Assembly: GCF_006345805.1 (NCBI RefSeq) | Contig: NC_043001.1 | Location: forward strand, 55,800,001-55,864,000 | Direction: 5' to 3' | DNA: 64,000 nt | DNA from: Octopus sinensis | Taxonomy: Eukaryota | Program-made: the position numbers and the translations under genes | The notes under the pieces: model-generated | Seen by the model: the letters and a program-made list of their open reading frames with translations, nothing else | What the model was told of the DNA's origin: nothing | Databases searched by the model: none | Part shown: positions 38,265 through 51,271 of the stretch, one piece after another | Numbering within the stretch: position 1 is the first letter of the stretch | Layout: every line of letters starts with the position of its first letter

Positions 38265-38740
38265 ATAATAAGAGATGACCACTAAGTGAACATCCAATAT
38301 GCTAGAAGAAGATCATCTACGATCTAACCACAAAGAAAAGAATGTTCTCTAGAGAAATTCAGCAAACACCAGAACATAAGCGGGTAAGACAGATGAAAAT
38401 ATACAAAATACAGAATTAATCGTAGACTGGTTTTGTCATTAACGATTTTACTTACATAATCATCGTCTGTGGACTCTTCAGTACGATCATTCCAATTCAT
38501 TATAATTTATATAACTAGACATGAGTTGTCCTCATAAAATTAGATGCGTGTATAATTCTACCGATTACATTGGGGTTATTTTCAAATGTCTAAGTTCTGG
38601 CACACCAAATCCCGGAAACAGTTCTGCTGTAGATAATTCCCTGCAGTTAATGTTGCTGGTTAGGGAACTTAATTATTTAAAATTTAAATAAAAATTTAAA
38701 TTTAAATTCAATTTATCACCCTCATTATTTAAATTTTATA
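38265..38740 (-). mobile_element. Probable Penelope-like element terminal-repeat fragment
   Basis: Complex segment between TA/CA microsatellites that carries a type I hammerhead with a minimal stem III. No coding remnant seen, so the assignment is inferred. Confidence 0.5.
38419..38487 (-). ncRNA. Type I hammerhead ribozyme (core G12 mutated)
   Basis: Minus strand: ATCGTA-CTGAAGA-GTC...GAC-AAAA-CCA-GTC-TACGAT. 6-bp stem I, stem II with internal GACGAT/ATCGTT extension, GUC cleavage triplet. Confidence 0.8.
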
Positions 38741-39545
38741 TATATTTTTTAAGGATTTAAGGATTTATATATACACACACACACACATAGTTATGTCAAG
38801 CTTAATTCTGTTTTTCTGCATTACTATTTCCAAATCAGCTCACCTTGAATTTCTCTTATAGCCACTTGTGACACTGTGGGCCAAGTCTTGGACGAAGAAT
38901 TTGGAGTTTGAATTCAAATTCATTTGAGCACATCTAGCTCTATAACCGAATGCATGTATACATACATATATATATATACACACACATATATGCAGACAAC
39001 TAAACATACGTATGTGTGTGTATGCATGTGTATATCCCTATCTCAAAGATATAGCACTGTGCTATCTTTCTTTCCATTGCACCTCACGGAATTTCCAAGT
39101 CAAATCAAAGATTGAATTCCAGAGAATTACTAAAAGAATAATTCAATTCCAATAAACTACGAAAAATGGTTTTTTATTTATTTATTTATTTCCAATTTGT
39201 TATCAAGTAAAAATATTTATTTGAATTACAACACAATCCTTTTTCCTCCTCTTTCCACCCTAGCCCTACCACCCGCAGGACATTTCGAGTTCTTAAAATG
39301 AAACCAAATTAGGGAAATGGTAAAAAGGAGGGTGGAGAGAGGGAGGGAGGATAAATGTTAATTTGAGAACATTAAGCCATAAATATTTTACACTGTAATG
39401 AACAGAAATCAGTGTATTCTGAGCAATAATAGCATGAGAGAGGGGGGAGGAAACAAACAGAGAGAGGAGAAAGAGAGTGAGTGATAAATCATATGGAGTG
39501 AGGAGGAAGTCAAGAGTAAAGATAAACAAGCAAGTGGGAGAAAGG

Positions 39546-39549
<4 letters not shown>

Positions 39550-39639
<90 letters not shown>

Positions 39640-39662
39640 GGGAGAGAAAGAGAGAGAGAGAG
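39550..39662. repeat. (TA)n(TG)n(GA)n compound microsatellite
   Basis: Direct reading. Confidence 0.95.
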
Positions 39663-39878
39663 GGGGAGGAGAGAAAGTGAAAAGTAGGATCTATGAAGAG
39701 TCAACAGAGGGTGAAAGAAAGAGCAAGACAGATATATAGAGAGGTACAGTAGGGCCATACATATGAAAAATAGTGAATTGAAAATCTTGGATCAACTAGA
39801 AGATATGTGTATTTGCATGCATGTGTGTGAGAGTGTGTGTGTGTGAGAGAGTGTATGCGTGTATGTATGTATGTATGT

Positions 39879-39910
<32 letters not shown>

Positions 39911-41273
39911 AGAGGGAGGGAGGGAGGGAGGGACTGTACTGAGAATATTAGGAAAGGAATGAAGAATGAAGAGCAAGCAGGTTATTGAATAATTAATTTT
40001 TGATCATAGGAGAGCAGAAGAGGTAAGGAGGGAATCATGTCTATTCAGCAGGAATGGAGAAAGTTTAAGGGAATATGGGAGAGGAAGGAGTAAAGCTGGG
40101 TAGTGAGAGATGGATAGATGAATATGCTAGGATCATTGTCATTTGAAGATTTAAGAAAAGTAAGGAAATATTGGATCATTTAAGATGGTGGTCGTGGTTG
40201 CAGTGATGTGATGAAGTGGGGGCCTGAAGTGATATGTGAGGAGCTGTAATTAATTGTGTGGTGGAGGAAGAATGTAAAGGAGTGATGACAGTGATGGTAG
40301 TGGTGTAGTCATGACTACAACGTTGTGGTGACTACAGAGTAATGCTTATGACTGACTGCAGCTGATGTGGTGTCATTGATGATGACATTGATTAGCTCCA
40401 GATCAACCCAGCTTAAGCAGACCTATACTAAAGGCATTCCAGCCACACTATCTGTTTTCAGCAAGGTATCCTGGATTACATTATCCAATGTGTCTCTTGC
40501 TAAGATGGTCAGGAAGAGTGAAAGCTGAGATTTAGTTGCTATCTTTAGTAGGATGAGTAACCATGTAAGTAGAGGCTACCTCCTTGTTGTTTTGTCCCAA
40601 GTCAGCTCTGATTGAGCAGACTCAAAGTCATTCAAGATATGAATATCCTGTCATTTTCATGCAGGGAATCCAGTCCCCACTTGTCCAATGGAGCCCTTTT
40701 CTATGATGGTAAGGTGTATTATTTACAGGGAAATTTGGTTGTTTTTATGTAGTGTTGATATCTGTAGCGGTAAGGTGGGTTTTTTCTCTTTTTCATAACT
40801 ATTATGGTATGCTGGAGTCCATAACAATGTAGTACGGTTAACCTACAATATGACTGGATGCAGGAGTGGTAAAGGTGGTGGATGCTGTTGTGGAGTGATG
40901 GTGGCTAAAGAAGCATAATGGAAGAGGGGATTTTGTGTTATAATATAAGGAATTCCTCTTCACTGCTTTAGACTGTTAATATTATCACCTCTGGATTGAC
41001 ACCACTACCACTGTCACTGGTGTTTCAGTGTAACAATCCAGCAGTAATAAACAAATATCAGCAGTGTAAAACATAATGAAGAAGAATTCCATTCATGATC
41101 ACATGAGCTCCCAGAAATAACAGTTATAAGAAACATCAAGTTACACCCTATCATCTTGTCTGAAAGATGAATGAAATAGTAATTTCATAGTTATAAGTGA
41201 CCAGTGGCTAAACAAGAGGAACAATAACTTGATAAAAATATATATTAGCGACAATGACAGTATTATTCCCAAG

Positions 41274-41683
41274 AAGTAATATTTATCCCCACTTAAACAT
41301 GGATGTTCAGTTGGAACAAACTATACTGTGGTAGATAACATGAGAGAAACTCTCATATTAGCTTTTTGGTACAAAATGCATTCTTGTTTATATTGATAGA
41401 AGGGAGATAAATGCCCACTACCTCCTGCTAGAGGCAGCAGTGATTCATCTCACCAGCAAGGTCAAATGTCCATCAATGACAAGACCAGACAAGGTCAGAA
41501 TCTCGTAATCTGATGTTCTTGGTGCTGGAGGTAGTGGGGGAGTTATGTCCTCACTAGCAATGTAAACAAGAGTACATTTTGCTCTAAAAGTCAATATGAG
41601 AGTTTCTCTTAAGATAACTACCACTGTATAGTTTGTTCTAACAGAACATTTACATTTAAGTAAGTGGGGATGAATAATAACTT
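41274..41683. mobile_element. Old foldback element/MITE, ~155-bp inverted arms with ~95-bp spacer
   Basis: 41274-41428 is the diverged reverse complement of 41524-41683 (atccccactta...gaacaaactatac.gtggtag...agagaaactctcatatt...cccactacctcc). Confidence 0.85.
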
Positions 41684-42279
41684 GATACTTCAACCAGCAA
41701 GAAAGCTACTGAGTGGATGCTAGGAAGTATAGCAAAGCCTTTCTCATGTCATGATCTACAGTTCCCACCTCCTTCCAAAAAGGGTAGGGGAGGCTGTATT
41801 TGACAATGTAATTAAAGATACAATATGTTTGAGAAAACAAAAAAGGAAAAAAAAATTATAGGATGGCCATGACTGGAATGCCTTCAAGGCTGCATGAAGC
41901 TAAACAACAAAAATAACCCAGCATGGGGTTGGTTCCTAAATTAAGATTTTAACCATATTGCTTAGCTGAAAGAGATGAAAGTAAAGTTGGTGTTAGAATA
42001 TGATATTGGATCACGATATTATGTTATTGGAAAAGCATACATGAGATGATAGTGTGGTGAGAAGGTGATGGGGGTCAAGGAAACTTACATCTTTATCTAC
42101 CACAACACATAACTGAATGTAGTCGACATATATGGAAATGGTAAGTGGGATGTGTGTGTGTGTGCAGGTTTTATCATCATCAGATTCAAGATTTGTGCAG
42201 TGAATTTATGATCATTTGTGTTCATGTTGTTTATAAATATATATCCATGCGTGAATATGTAAGTATCTGTCTGTCTGTG

Positions 42280-42437
42280 TGGATGGATGGATAGATGGAT
42301 GGATGGATGGATAGATAGATAGATAGATAGATAGATGGTTGGATGGGTAAATGGACGGACTGATGGATGGATGGACGGACGGACAGACAGACAGATGGAT
42401 GGATGGATGGATAGATGGATAGACAGATAGATAGAAT

Positions 42438-42500
<63 letters not shown>
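42280..42500. repeat. (GGAT)n/(GATA)n tetranucleotide satellite
   Basis: Direct reading. Confidence 0.95.
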
Positions 42501-42821
42501 GTAAATATGCACACATAAATTTATCTACATTCATTTCATTGGTCCACTTGAGATAGTTCTCTTAGTTCATATATCTTTAATTATACAAATTATACTAGCT
42601 CAAACACCCTCTATTATTAAAGAAAAAAGACAAAACCAAAACAAAACCTTGTTGTGTCTAGGGAGATCATTATGCCAATATTAATAACACACACACTGGT
42701 TCAATTCGATGCCTTTATTATAATTCAATTGGTTAAAAAATTAAGTATAAAAAACCTATCAACTGAATGAAAGCAAGTTTCAGTAAATTATACTAAGCTG
42801 ATGATGGCCATTAGACAGAAA

Positions 42822-42995
42822 CATGCTGGCATGGGTTGGACAGTTTGAACCAGGTCTGATGACCTGAGAGGCTGCACCAAACTCCAGTCTAATTTGGCAT
42901 GGTTTCTACAACTGGATGCCCTTCCTAACACCAACCACTCTGAGAGTGTTATGGCTGCTTTTATGTACCACCAGCATGGGTGCCATTTGCATGAC
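42822..42995 (-). mobile_element. RTE 3'UTR fragment
   Basis: catgctggcatgggttgga...ggatgcccttcctaacaccaaccact, same family as 36752-36945. Confidence 0.8.
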
Positions 42996-43044
42996 ACTGG
43001 TATCTGTCACTACATGTATATATATATATATGTATATATATATA

Positions 43045-43336
43045 TCACGTGATCACGTGACCGACCAGACCATCAGATGTTGTTACATATCGCTGACCAC
43101 AATGCGTTCGCATTGTTTTAGCCTTCGAATGACGCCACCCCGCTGGCTAAGTGAGCAGGCCAACAGAAGAAAGAGTGGTGAAAGAGTACAGCAGGGATCA
43201 CCACCCTCTGCCGGAGCTTCATGGAGCTTTTAGGTGTTTTCGCTCAATAAACACTCACAACACCCGGTCTGGGAATCGAAACCGCGATCCTACGACAGCG
43301 AGTCTGCTGCCCTAACCACTGGGCCATTGCACCTCC
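43045..43336 (-). mobile_element. tRNA-derived SINE family E, CpG-rich (young)
   Basis: Minus-strand head ggaggtgcaaTGGCCCAGTGGttagggcagcagactcgc...GGTTTCGATTCCcagacc; tail tcacgtgatcacgtgata; sits inside TA/CA repeats. Confidence 0.85.
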
Positions 43337-43339
43337 ACA

Positions 43340-43380
<41 letters not shown>

Positions 43381-44126
43381 ATATATATATAATATATATA
43401 TATATATAAGAGAACAAAGTGTACATACGTATATATATATAATAAAATAAAATATACAAAGTGTACATATATATATATATATATAAAATAAAATACAAAA
43501 TGGGACAAGAATGCAAAACATCTGGACAACTAGGTGATACAAAAGGGGACAACAAAACATTCAGATAGACGATACAAAAAAACACAGACGAGTCATTTGA
43601 AGCCTTTTATCTTCAGTCAAAAACTGCATCATCCTTGCAATTTCGGCTGATTTACCCCCCCCCACACACACATACACACACATTCATATACATACATACA
43701 CACACTCACACATATACATGTCTATTAGCTCCATTATTTCATTACTTCTACAAGTACATAACAAGTACTTAGTCATTTCGCCATGTACATGGACCATACT
43801 CTTAAACACTCAATCTGCAGGAAGTCAACATATGATTCAAACATGAATATATATAGGTATTCTGAACTTTTAGTTTCCAATTTGTATTTTGTGTTAACAG
43901 AATTTTCAACAGCTGTCAAAGTAGCACTAATATATAAAATATCCTACTCAAGTGTAATATAAATACCATTCTTATATAAGCACTATGATGTTATTTCTCA
44001 GCAAAAACCGATGATTAAGTGGAAACTAATAAAGGTTAATGAACAGAAAATTGGCCTTTCTGTTACTGAAGCAGCTTTGGTGAGAATTTGGGGTTTACAT
44101 TCTTTAAATATATTCAACAGCAATAA

Positions 44127-44158
<32 letters not shown>

Positions 44159-44255
44159 AGTTCATCCAGCTATTCATCCATCGATCTATATATATGTATG
44201 TATGTATGGACAGATAGATAGATTGGTAATAGACAGATATATACACACATGTATA

Positions 44256-44327
<72 letters not shown>

Positions 44328-44372
44328 ATATATAAATTACATACATACATACAATGCATACACACATACATA

Positions 44373-45470
44373 CGAGTGTAGGCTGAAAAGTTCATAGGCT
44401 GACTATGAAGGAGTCATACTAGAGTTGTAAAATCTTGTATGCATTAATTTCAACTTTTCTTATTAATAACTGTATTGTTTCTTTCCAGGTAAATTGAAAT
44501 CTGACAGTTCACAGAAGACTTCTAAAATAACTAGCAGAGAATTCTCTTGAGAATGGGCAAAATTTTGCATCATGGTGTTATCAAGTACCTGTAGAAGAAG
44601 GGTTTAAGGTCCCAAGGACACTCATGTTGATATGGTTGCTATATTAGGTGATAATGTTCCAGCTTTATCAACAGTGCAAAAGTGGGAAGCTCGATTTAGG
44701 AGGAAAAGGGAGAGTCTGGAAGAAGACCCAAGGTGTGGATGTCTTGCATCTGCCACCACCAAAGGAAACATTGATTGTGTTCACCACATGGTGATAGGTG
44801 ACAGATGATTGACTATAAATCAAATAGTCAATGATGCTATTAGCACTTCCTGTGAAATAGTGGAGAATATTCTGTACTATGAACTTGGTATGACAAATGT
44901 TTCTGCTTGGTGGGTGCCACGTCTTCTGACACTTGATCAAAAGCACATCAGACTGATCACATCGCAAATAAATCTGACATGGTTTGAGGCAGATCCAGTT
45001 GGTTCCCTTGAATGTTTCCTAACTTAGATTAAGTGTTGGATTCATCACTTTGAGCTAGAGACAAAGTAGCAATCCATGCAGCAGAAACATCCCTTATCAC
45101 CTGCTCCAAAGAAGGTCAAGGTCATTTCATCTGCAGAAAAGGTAATAGCCTCAGTCTTTTTTTGGATGCAAAAGACATTATCTTTATTGACTATCTTCAA
45201 AAGGGCCCCCACCATCAATGGAGAGTATTATGCCAACTTGCTGAGGCAGTTACAAAAGGTTATCAAGACCAAACACCCAGGAAAACTGATGTAAGAGGTC
45301 TTGTTTTATCAGGACACTGTACCACCACACAAGTCCTTGTTTTCATTGGCTGCTGTGCATAACTGTGGCTTTGAATTAGTCTATAACCATTTCTATTCTC
45401 CTGATTTGGCCTCATCTGTCTATCATTTGTTCCCAATATGACAATGTCATGTCTGCTGTTAATGACTTCT
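44373..45470 (+). mobile_element. Mariner transposon remnant (irritans-like)
   Basis: TA then TIR-like CGAGTGTAGGCTGAAAAGTTC. The 3' end is deleted and the right TIR was not seen. Confidence 0.85.
44553..45441 (+). pseudogene. Mariner transposase pseudogene
   Basis: STVQKW..F...RESLEEDPR.G, WVPRLLT, SAEKVIASVFWDAK..IFIDYL, TINGEYYANLL, QDTVPPH and YSPDLA motifs, with stops and frameshifts. Confidence 0.93.
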
Positions 45471-45787
45471 TGTATATATATATATATGTGTGTGTGTGTA
45501 CATATGTTAAACTAAGCTGTATGTCAGCCACTTTTATTGGTTGGTTTCTCTGTCTCTCATCATGGAAGGAGAAAGCAGTGGCTGTGTTGGGAGATTTGAA
45601 TGAGAAAGAACAAGTACTATACAGTGAAGTAGATTAGATAAATAGATTGTTGAAAGATTCACAGAATGAGATATGGTGAGAGAGTGAGGGAGAAAGAAGA
45701 TAAATATTCAAAGCAATACAGACAACAATGTTAAAACAAAGTGTAATCATTAGTTTTATATATCATAAGAGGAAAGTAAGAAGTAGT

Positions 45788-45825
45788 GTCTTTGATGTTT
45801 CAAGCAAAAGCTCTTTCTCAGAAAC
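45788..45825 (-). ncRNA. Degenerate minimal hammerhead-like motif
   Basis: Minus strand gtttCTGAGAAaGAGCttttGCTTGAAACATCaaagac: stem II and GAAA present, CTGANGA box mutated. Confidence 0.4.
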
Positions 45826-46029
45826 TAAAACAAGGGAAACTGTAGAGAAAGGGAGGCAGAGAAATGGTTTAGTCTATGTCAGGTCATGTTCAAAAAATGT
45901 GATACCACCTGTTGCCATGGTACTTGGTTGATTTTATACAGGTTTACTCTTACTTTCCTGGCCTAGGCCAACTTGCTTATGAGTTGCACTTCTGAAATTC
46001 ATCAACAGTAACATTTGTTAATATTTACC

Positions 46030-46037
46030 AGTATATA

Positions 46038-46071
<34 letters not shown>

Positions 46072-46414
46072 ATATATACATATACACACACACACACACA
46101 CACATATGCATACACACACACATATGCATACACACACACACATATATATATATATGCATATATACATATATATATTTATGTATATGTGTGTATATATATA
46201 TATGCTTATGTATATATGTGTATACACACATATATATATATATATATATACATGTGTGTGTGTATATACATATATGTATGTTTGTGTATATATATGTGTA
46301 AGTATATGTGCACATGTCTGCATATATATGTATATATATACCTGTATGTGTTTGTGGGTGTTGTGTATGTAGAAAAGAAAAATGAAAAAAAAAACACAGA
46401 GAGATAGAGAGAGA

Positions 46415-46452
<38 letters not shown>
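46030..46452. repeat. TA/CA/TG/GA compound microsatellite
   Basis: Direct reading. Confidence 0.92.
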
Positions 46453-46456
<4 letters not shown>

Positions 46457-47199
46457 GACAGAGGCAATGAACTATTGAGTGCCAGTTGATAGTTCCTATG
46501 AATAATTCATGTTAAAACTTCATGTCACTGCATTATCTCTTCTCTATGAATAGAATTAGTTCCTGACACAGCTGCAAGCCAAAGTGGCACAAAATAACTC
46601 CCTGCACCCACAACAACACATCACTGACACCACTGGAGCTGGAGGCACCACTGGCACCAGAGCACCACAATGCCACAACACCACAATGGCCATCAATCCT
46701 CCTACCACCATGCAATGCTACCGTATTTTACAATCATCATCATCTTCATTCTCTATAACTGTTCATCCTGCTAACATCATCATCATCATCATCAACAACA
46801 TACTACTGCTTCTCAGAGATCCATCACCACCACCACCACCACCACCACCACCAACACAATCAAACCAGCAACTAAAACCATTTATATTTATGACAAGATT
46901 TCCAATAGCACTATTCCTTTCAATTCCGTTCCCACTGCCACTAAATCTCCGTCACCACTATCACCAACAGTATCACTACTATTAATAACAAATCAGTCAG
47001 GGAGCCTCCACTTATTCGCTGAGCTGCTAGAAAGAACAGCCAAATCTCAAATCACACCCTTACTGTCTTAAAAAGGGAATAAACACATTGGTTGTAGTGG
47101 CCCTGAGTTCCTAACACATAGACCAAGACAGGATGGTTTGGAATGCCTTTGATCATAGGCCTGCTTGCTTGTGGTTAAACGTCAACGACAATCATGACA

Positions 47200-47560
47200 A
47201 ACCACCACCACCATCACCATCACCAACACTGCAACCGCCACCACTGCCACCACCACCACCACCACCACCACCACCACCATCACCACCACTGCCATCATCA
47301 TCATCATCAGCAGCAGTACCACCACTACCACCTTCACCACCACCACCACCACCACCACCACCACCACCACCACTATCACTGGCTTCACCACTGCCACCAC
47401 CACTGCCCCAACCACAGCCACTACCGTTGCCTCGACCACTGCCACCACCACCACCACCACCATGCTACTTACTGCAGATACTTTTGTCGCCAAAATCTCA
47501 TGATGACTATCACCATTACCATAGCAACAGTACTACAACCTCTACAGCCACTACTAAAAG

Positions 47561-47599
<39 letters not shown>

Positions 47600-47601
47600 C
47601 A
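47200..47601. repeat. (CCA)n-rich and (TAC)n trinucleotide repeats
   Basis: Gives poly-P/H/T in three frames, with no codon variation suggesting selection. Confidence 0.92.
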
Positions 47602-48839
47602 TATTAAGAACACTTTTGCTATCTTGACCACCAACACAAAAACTACCACCTCCATTCTTACACCTATTATCATATTAACAACATTATATACACAACCATT
47701 AATCACTACCTTCAAAATCCCAGACGTCTTACAGTCACTCGACCTGCTACTTATAGCCAAATCTCCTTCATATCGCACATGCTAATCTTAGAAAAATGAA
47801 AAAGAACAATACATTAGATTATATAGTTCTTGGTAGATGGTATTTGAGACAAAAGCAAAAGGGACTGTCATGGCTGGAATGCCTTTGATCATAGGAGACC
47901 TGCAGCTAAATTATAACAACTACTACTAATATATAAACAGCATGACTTGACACTAATATCACAATGGTATCACATCTGTTATTAACATTATCCCAATCAC
48001 AACTATTTACTATATGACAACCATCACAACCATGATGGCCACCTCCACCACTACCACCTCCGTCACCTATTTCATCACTAACCACTTACAATAGCTGACA
48101 CCTCATTCAATACCAATAACAACATTCTATTAATGCCCAGTAATTTACAACCAGCAGCAGCAGCAGCATTGGCGATACAGTCACTGCTACTGCTGCTACT
48201 GCTGCTGCAGCCATCATCTTCACTGCTGCCACCACCACTACCACCACTCATCCATGCATCTCCATCGCACAACAACCATTCTTTTATATACCTCCTACAC
48301 AATCACTATATATTCCCATTTAACACACCTGCCACCCGAATATCCTATCTCATATTCCATGTAAACCACCCTCCTCCAACACCAACCAAACTCCTATAAT
48401 AAAAGTATTTGTGTATGTGTGTAAAAAGATGCTGTGGAGTTAGGGAAAGGGAAGGGGAAAGACCTTTCACAAGTCTTTGATCATATCTATTTAATGAGGA
48501 CCAACAGAAATCGTAGTTGTCCTTGATATAGCCATTCCTTATTTGGTTTGTTTAAATCTAGTAGATTTTCTTTGCCAACATGGGTTGGATGAATGTGCTA
48601 TTTGAAAATTGTTTCACAGCCAGATGCCCTTTTTCTGACATTAAACCTTCCTGGTTTTTTTACAAATACGGAATCAGTCATTTCACATGGCTTCAAAGAC
48701 AAGAAGTAGCGAAATGATTCATTGACAGAAAAAAACTGACAACAACACTATGTGCAGCACATTTGTGCAAGTGATTGCAGAAGTGAACAAGCACACTTAC
48801 ATGCACATATGCACATACACACACATACATATATACATG

Positions 48840-49049
48840 CCAGTCTTTTTTAAGTTTCTGTTTACCTTATCTACTCACAAGGCTTTGGTTGGCCTTGGAG
48901 CTATAAGAGAAGACATTTGCCAATGGTGCCATATGATAGGACTGAATTCAAAATATGCAGCTGGGAAGCAGACTTCTCAAACATATATATATATATATAT
49001 ACTCTTTTACTTGTTTCAGTAATTTAACTGCAGCCATGCTGGAGCACCG

Positions 49050-49087
<38 letters not shown>

Positions 49088-49437
49088 TCTTTTATTCTTT
49101 TATTTGTCTCAGTAATTTTACTGTGGCCATGCTGGAACACCACCTTTAGTCAAACAAATCGACCTCAAGACTTATTCTTTGTAATCCTAGTACTTATCCT
49201 ATTGGTCTCTTTTGCCAGACCGCTAAGTTACAGGGACGTAAACACACCAACATGGGGTGTCAAGTGATACAATGGGGTACAAATACAGACACACATACAC
49301 ACACACATATATGACGGGCTTCTTTCAGTTTCTGTCTTCCAAATCCCCTCACAAGGCTTTGGGTGGCCCAAGGCTATGGTAGAAGGTACTTGCCCAAGGT
49401 GCCACGCAGCAGGACTAGAACCATGTGGTTGGTAAGC
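48840..49437 (-). mobile_element. Cluster of SINE family A pieces (head 48840-48980, tail 49002-49052, near-full copy 49087-49437)
   Basis: Family motifs actcacaaggcttt and gccatgctgga.cac repeated. Confidence 0.85.
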
Positions 49438-49518
49438 TCTTTTGTCTTAATAACGGTCAATCACACAATAATTTCCCTTTGTTTAATGGTCATTTTCATA
49501 GCATTTTTTCGATGGCTG

Positions 49519-49579
49519 GATAACTGAAGAGATAGCAGCATGAGTTTCCACCCTGACATCCAAAACTCAAAGTTTTATC
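49519..49579 (+). ncRNA. Type I hammerhead ribozyme (core G12 mutated)
   Basis: GATAA-CTGAAGA-GATAGCAG...CTGACATC-C-AAAA-CTCAAA-GTT-TTATC: 5-bp stem I, imperfect 8-bp stem II, short stem III, GUU triplet. Confidence 0.65.
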
Positions 49580-49673
49580 ATGGCTACCGAATAAATGTCA
49601 CATATTATATTTACAGATATATATATATATATATATATATAACGTGTATGTGCATATATATGTAAATTTACAT

Positions 49674-49727
<54 letters not shown>

Positions 49728-49837
49728 GCATATAAATACACACACACACACAGACTCATGGATTCTGACAAGCACTATTTTTGAAGCTGACATTGTCTTG
49801 TGAATTTGCCCTACTTGCTATGCTATTCATTCAGGTT

Positions 49838-49873
<36 letters not shown>

Positions 49874-50380
49874 AGTGTGTGTGTGTGTGTGTGTATCTAT
49901 ATCCATATGTGTGTGAGTGTTAGTGGGGGGGGAAGAGAAGGAGAGAGAATGAAAGACTAATGCACAGATAGAGCTGGTTTAGTTTCCATGTCATGTCATT
50001 TATGATGGAAGTTGATCTGGAAAAACAGCTAAAATCTCTATCATATATTCTTTCAATTCACTGCCTGCATCAATTACATTCAAATGATAATAAAATTTTC
50101 CTAAAACTTCTGACCTTGACCCATGGTTAAAAATCATTATTATTCCTATTTCTTAGAACACTGTCTTCTCATCCCCAAATTATATACAACATTGAAACTC
50201 GATACGTATGTCATATGATATTATAAAATACAACTGTTACCCTATTTTTATTATTAAAGTAAGACCCAGAACACAAAGCAATTGGTGATGCTCTATAGCA
50301 GAAGTTATATGTAAGTTCGTAGAAAAAAATAGTAAAGTCAGTTACTTTATTGTGAGAAGTGAAAAAGCCCAAAGCTTTAA

Positions 50381-50987
50381 CACCTTAACATTTAAACCAA
50401 CTGGCTAAAATATTTTATTTGTTTTATATTCAAACTAAACAGATCCAGTCTCTTACACCTAGCCTATAATGTCATTCAAATAACATGCATTCACATCATT
50501 GAAATCTCAAAGCTATGAGATAATGCATGATGAATTTAAAACAATGTGAATAAAAAAGTGTTACATTTGACAGAGTAATCTTTCTTTTACTTTCTTTTCT
50601 TTTACTTGTTTCAGTCATTTGACTGCGGCCATGCTGGAGCACCGCCTTTAGTTGAGTAAATCGACCCCAGGACTTATTCTTTGTAAGCCTATTACTTATT
50701 CTATCAGTCTCTTTTGCTGAACCGCTAAGTTACGGGGACGTAAACACAATGGTGGGGGGACAAACACAGACACACAAACACACACACACATACATATATA
50801 TACATATATACGACAGGCTTCTTTCAGTTTCCGTCTACCAAATCCACTCACAAGGCTTTGGTCGGCCCGAGGCTATAGTAGAAGACACTTGCCCAAGGTG
50901 CTACGCAGTGGGACTGAACCCAGAACCATGTGGTTGGTAAACAAGCTACTTACCACACAGCCACTCCTGCGCCTGAATGGTAAAGGG
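50381..50987. mobile_element. piggyBac-like MITE interrupted by a SINE
   Basis: TTAA-CACCTTAACATT ... AATGGTAAAGGG-TTAA (TTAA on both sides, degenerate CCC/GGG ends). Confidence 0.7.
50581..50974 (-). mobile_element. tRNA-derived SINE family A, well-preserved copy
   Basis: Minus-strand A box TGGCTGTGTGG (50953-50963), B box GGTTCAGTCCC (50910-50920), CORE-like caccttgggcaagtgtctt, central CA/TA microsatellite and AAAG-rich tail. Confidence 0.95.
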
Positions 50988-51037
50988 TTAAATATATGTG
51001 CTTATTCAGAGAGGAAGAACATAGAAACTGATACCAT

Positions 51038-51271
51038 TAAGGTGGCAAGGTGGCAGAAACGTTAGCATGCCAAGCGAAATGCTTTGTGGTATTTTGTCCG
51101 CTGCTGCATTCTGAGTTCCAATTCCCCCAAGGTTGACTTTGCCCTTCGTCCTTTTGGGGTCGATGAATTAAGTACCAGTTATGCACTGGGGTCGATGTAA
51201 TCAACTTAATCCCTTTGTTTATCCTTGTTTGTCCCCTCTATGTTTAGCCCCTTGTGGGCAATAAAGAAATA
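51038..51271 (+). mobile_element. SINE family B with 15-bp TSD
   Basis: AGAAACTGATACCAT at 51023-51037 and 51272-51286; body matches the reverse complement of 31860-32092. Confidence 0.92.

Noticed and set aside
43260-43336. Possible tRNA gene (also 37170, 50900, 51430)
   Set aside because: A/B boxes run directly into SINE-type bodies with no acceptor-stem closure or poly-T terminator; these are SINE heads.
47133-47627. Proline-rich 164-aa ORF (formin/extensin-like) and overlapping poly-His ORF
   Set aside because: Translation of (CCA)n/(TAC)n repeats; the N-terminus lies in a family F repeat copy and all frames give homopolymers.
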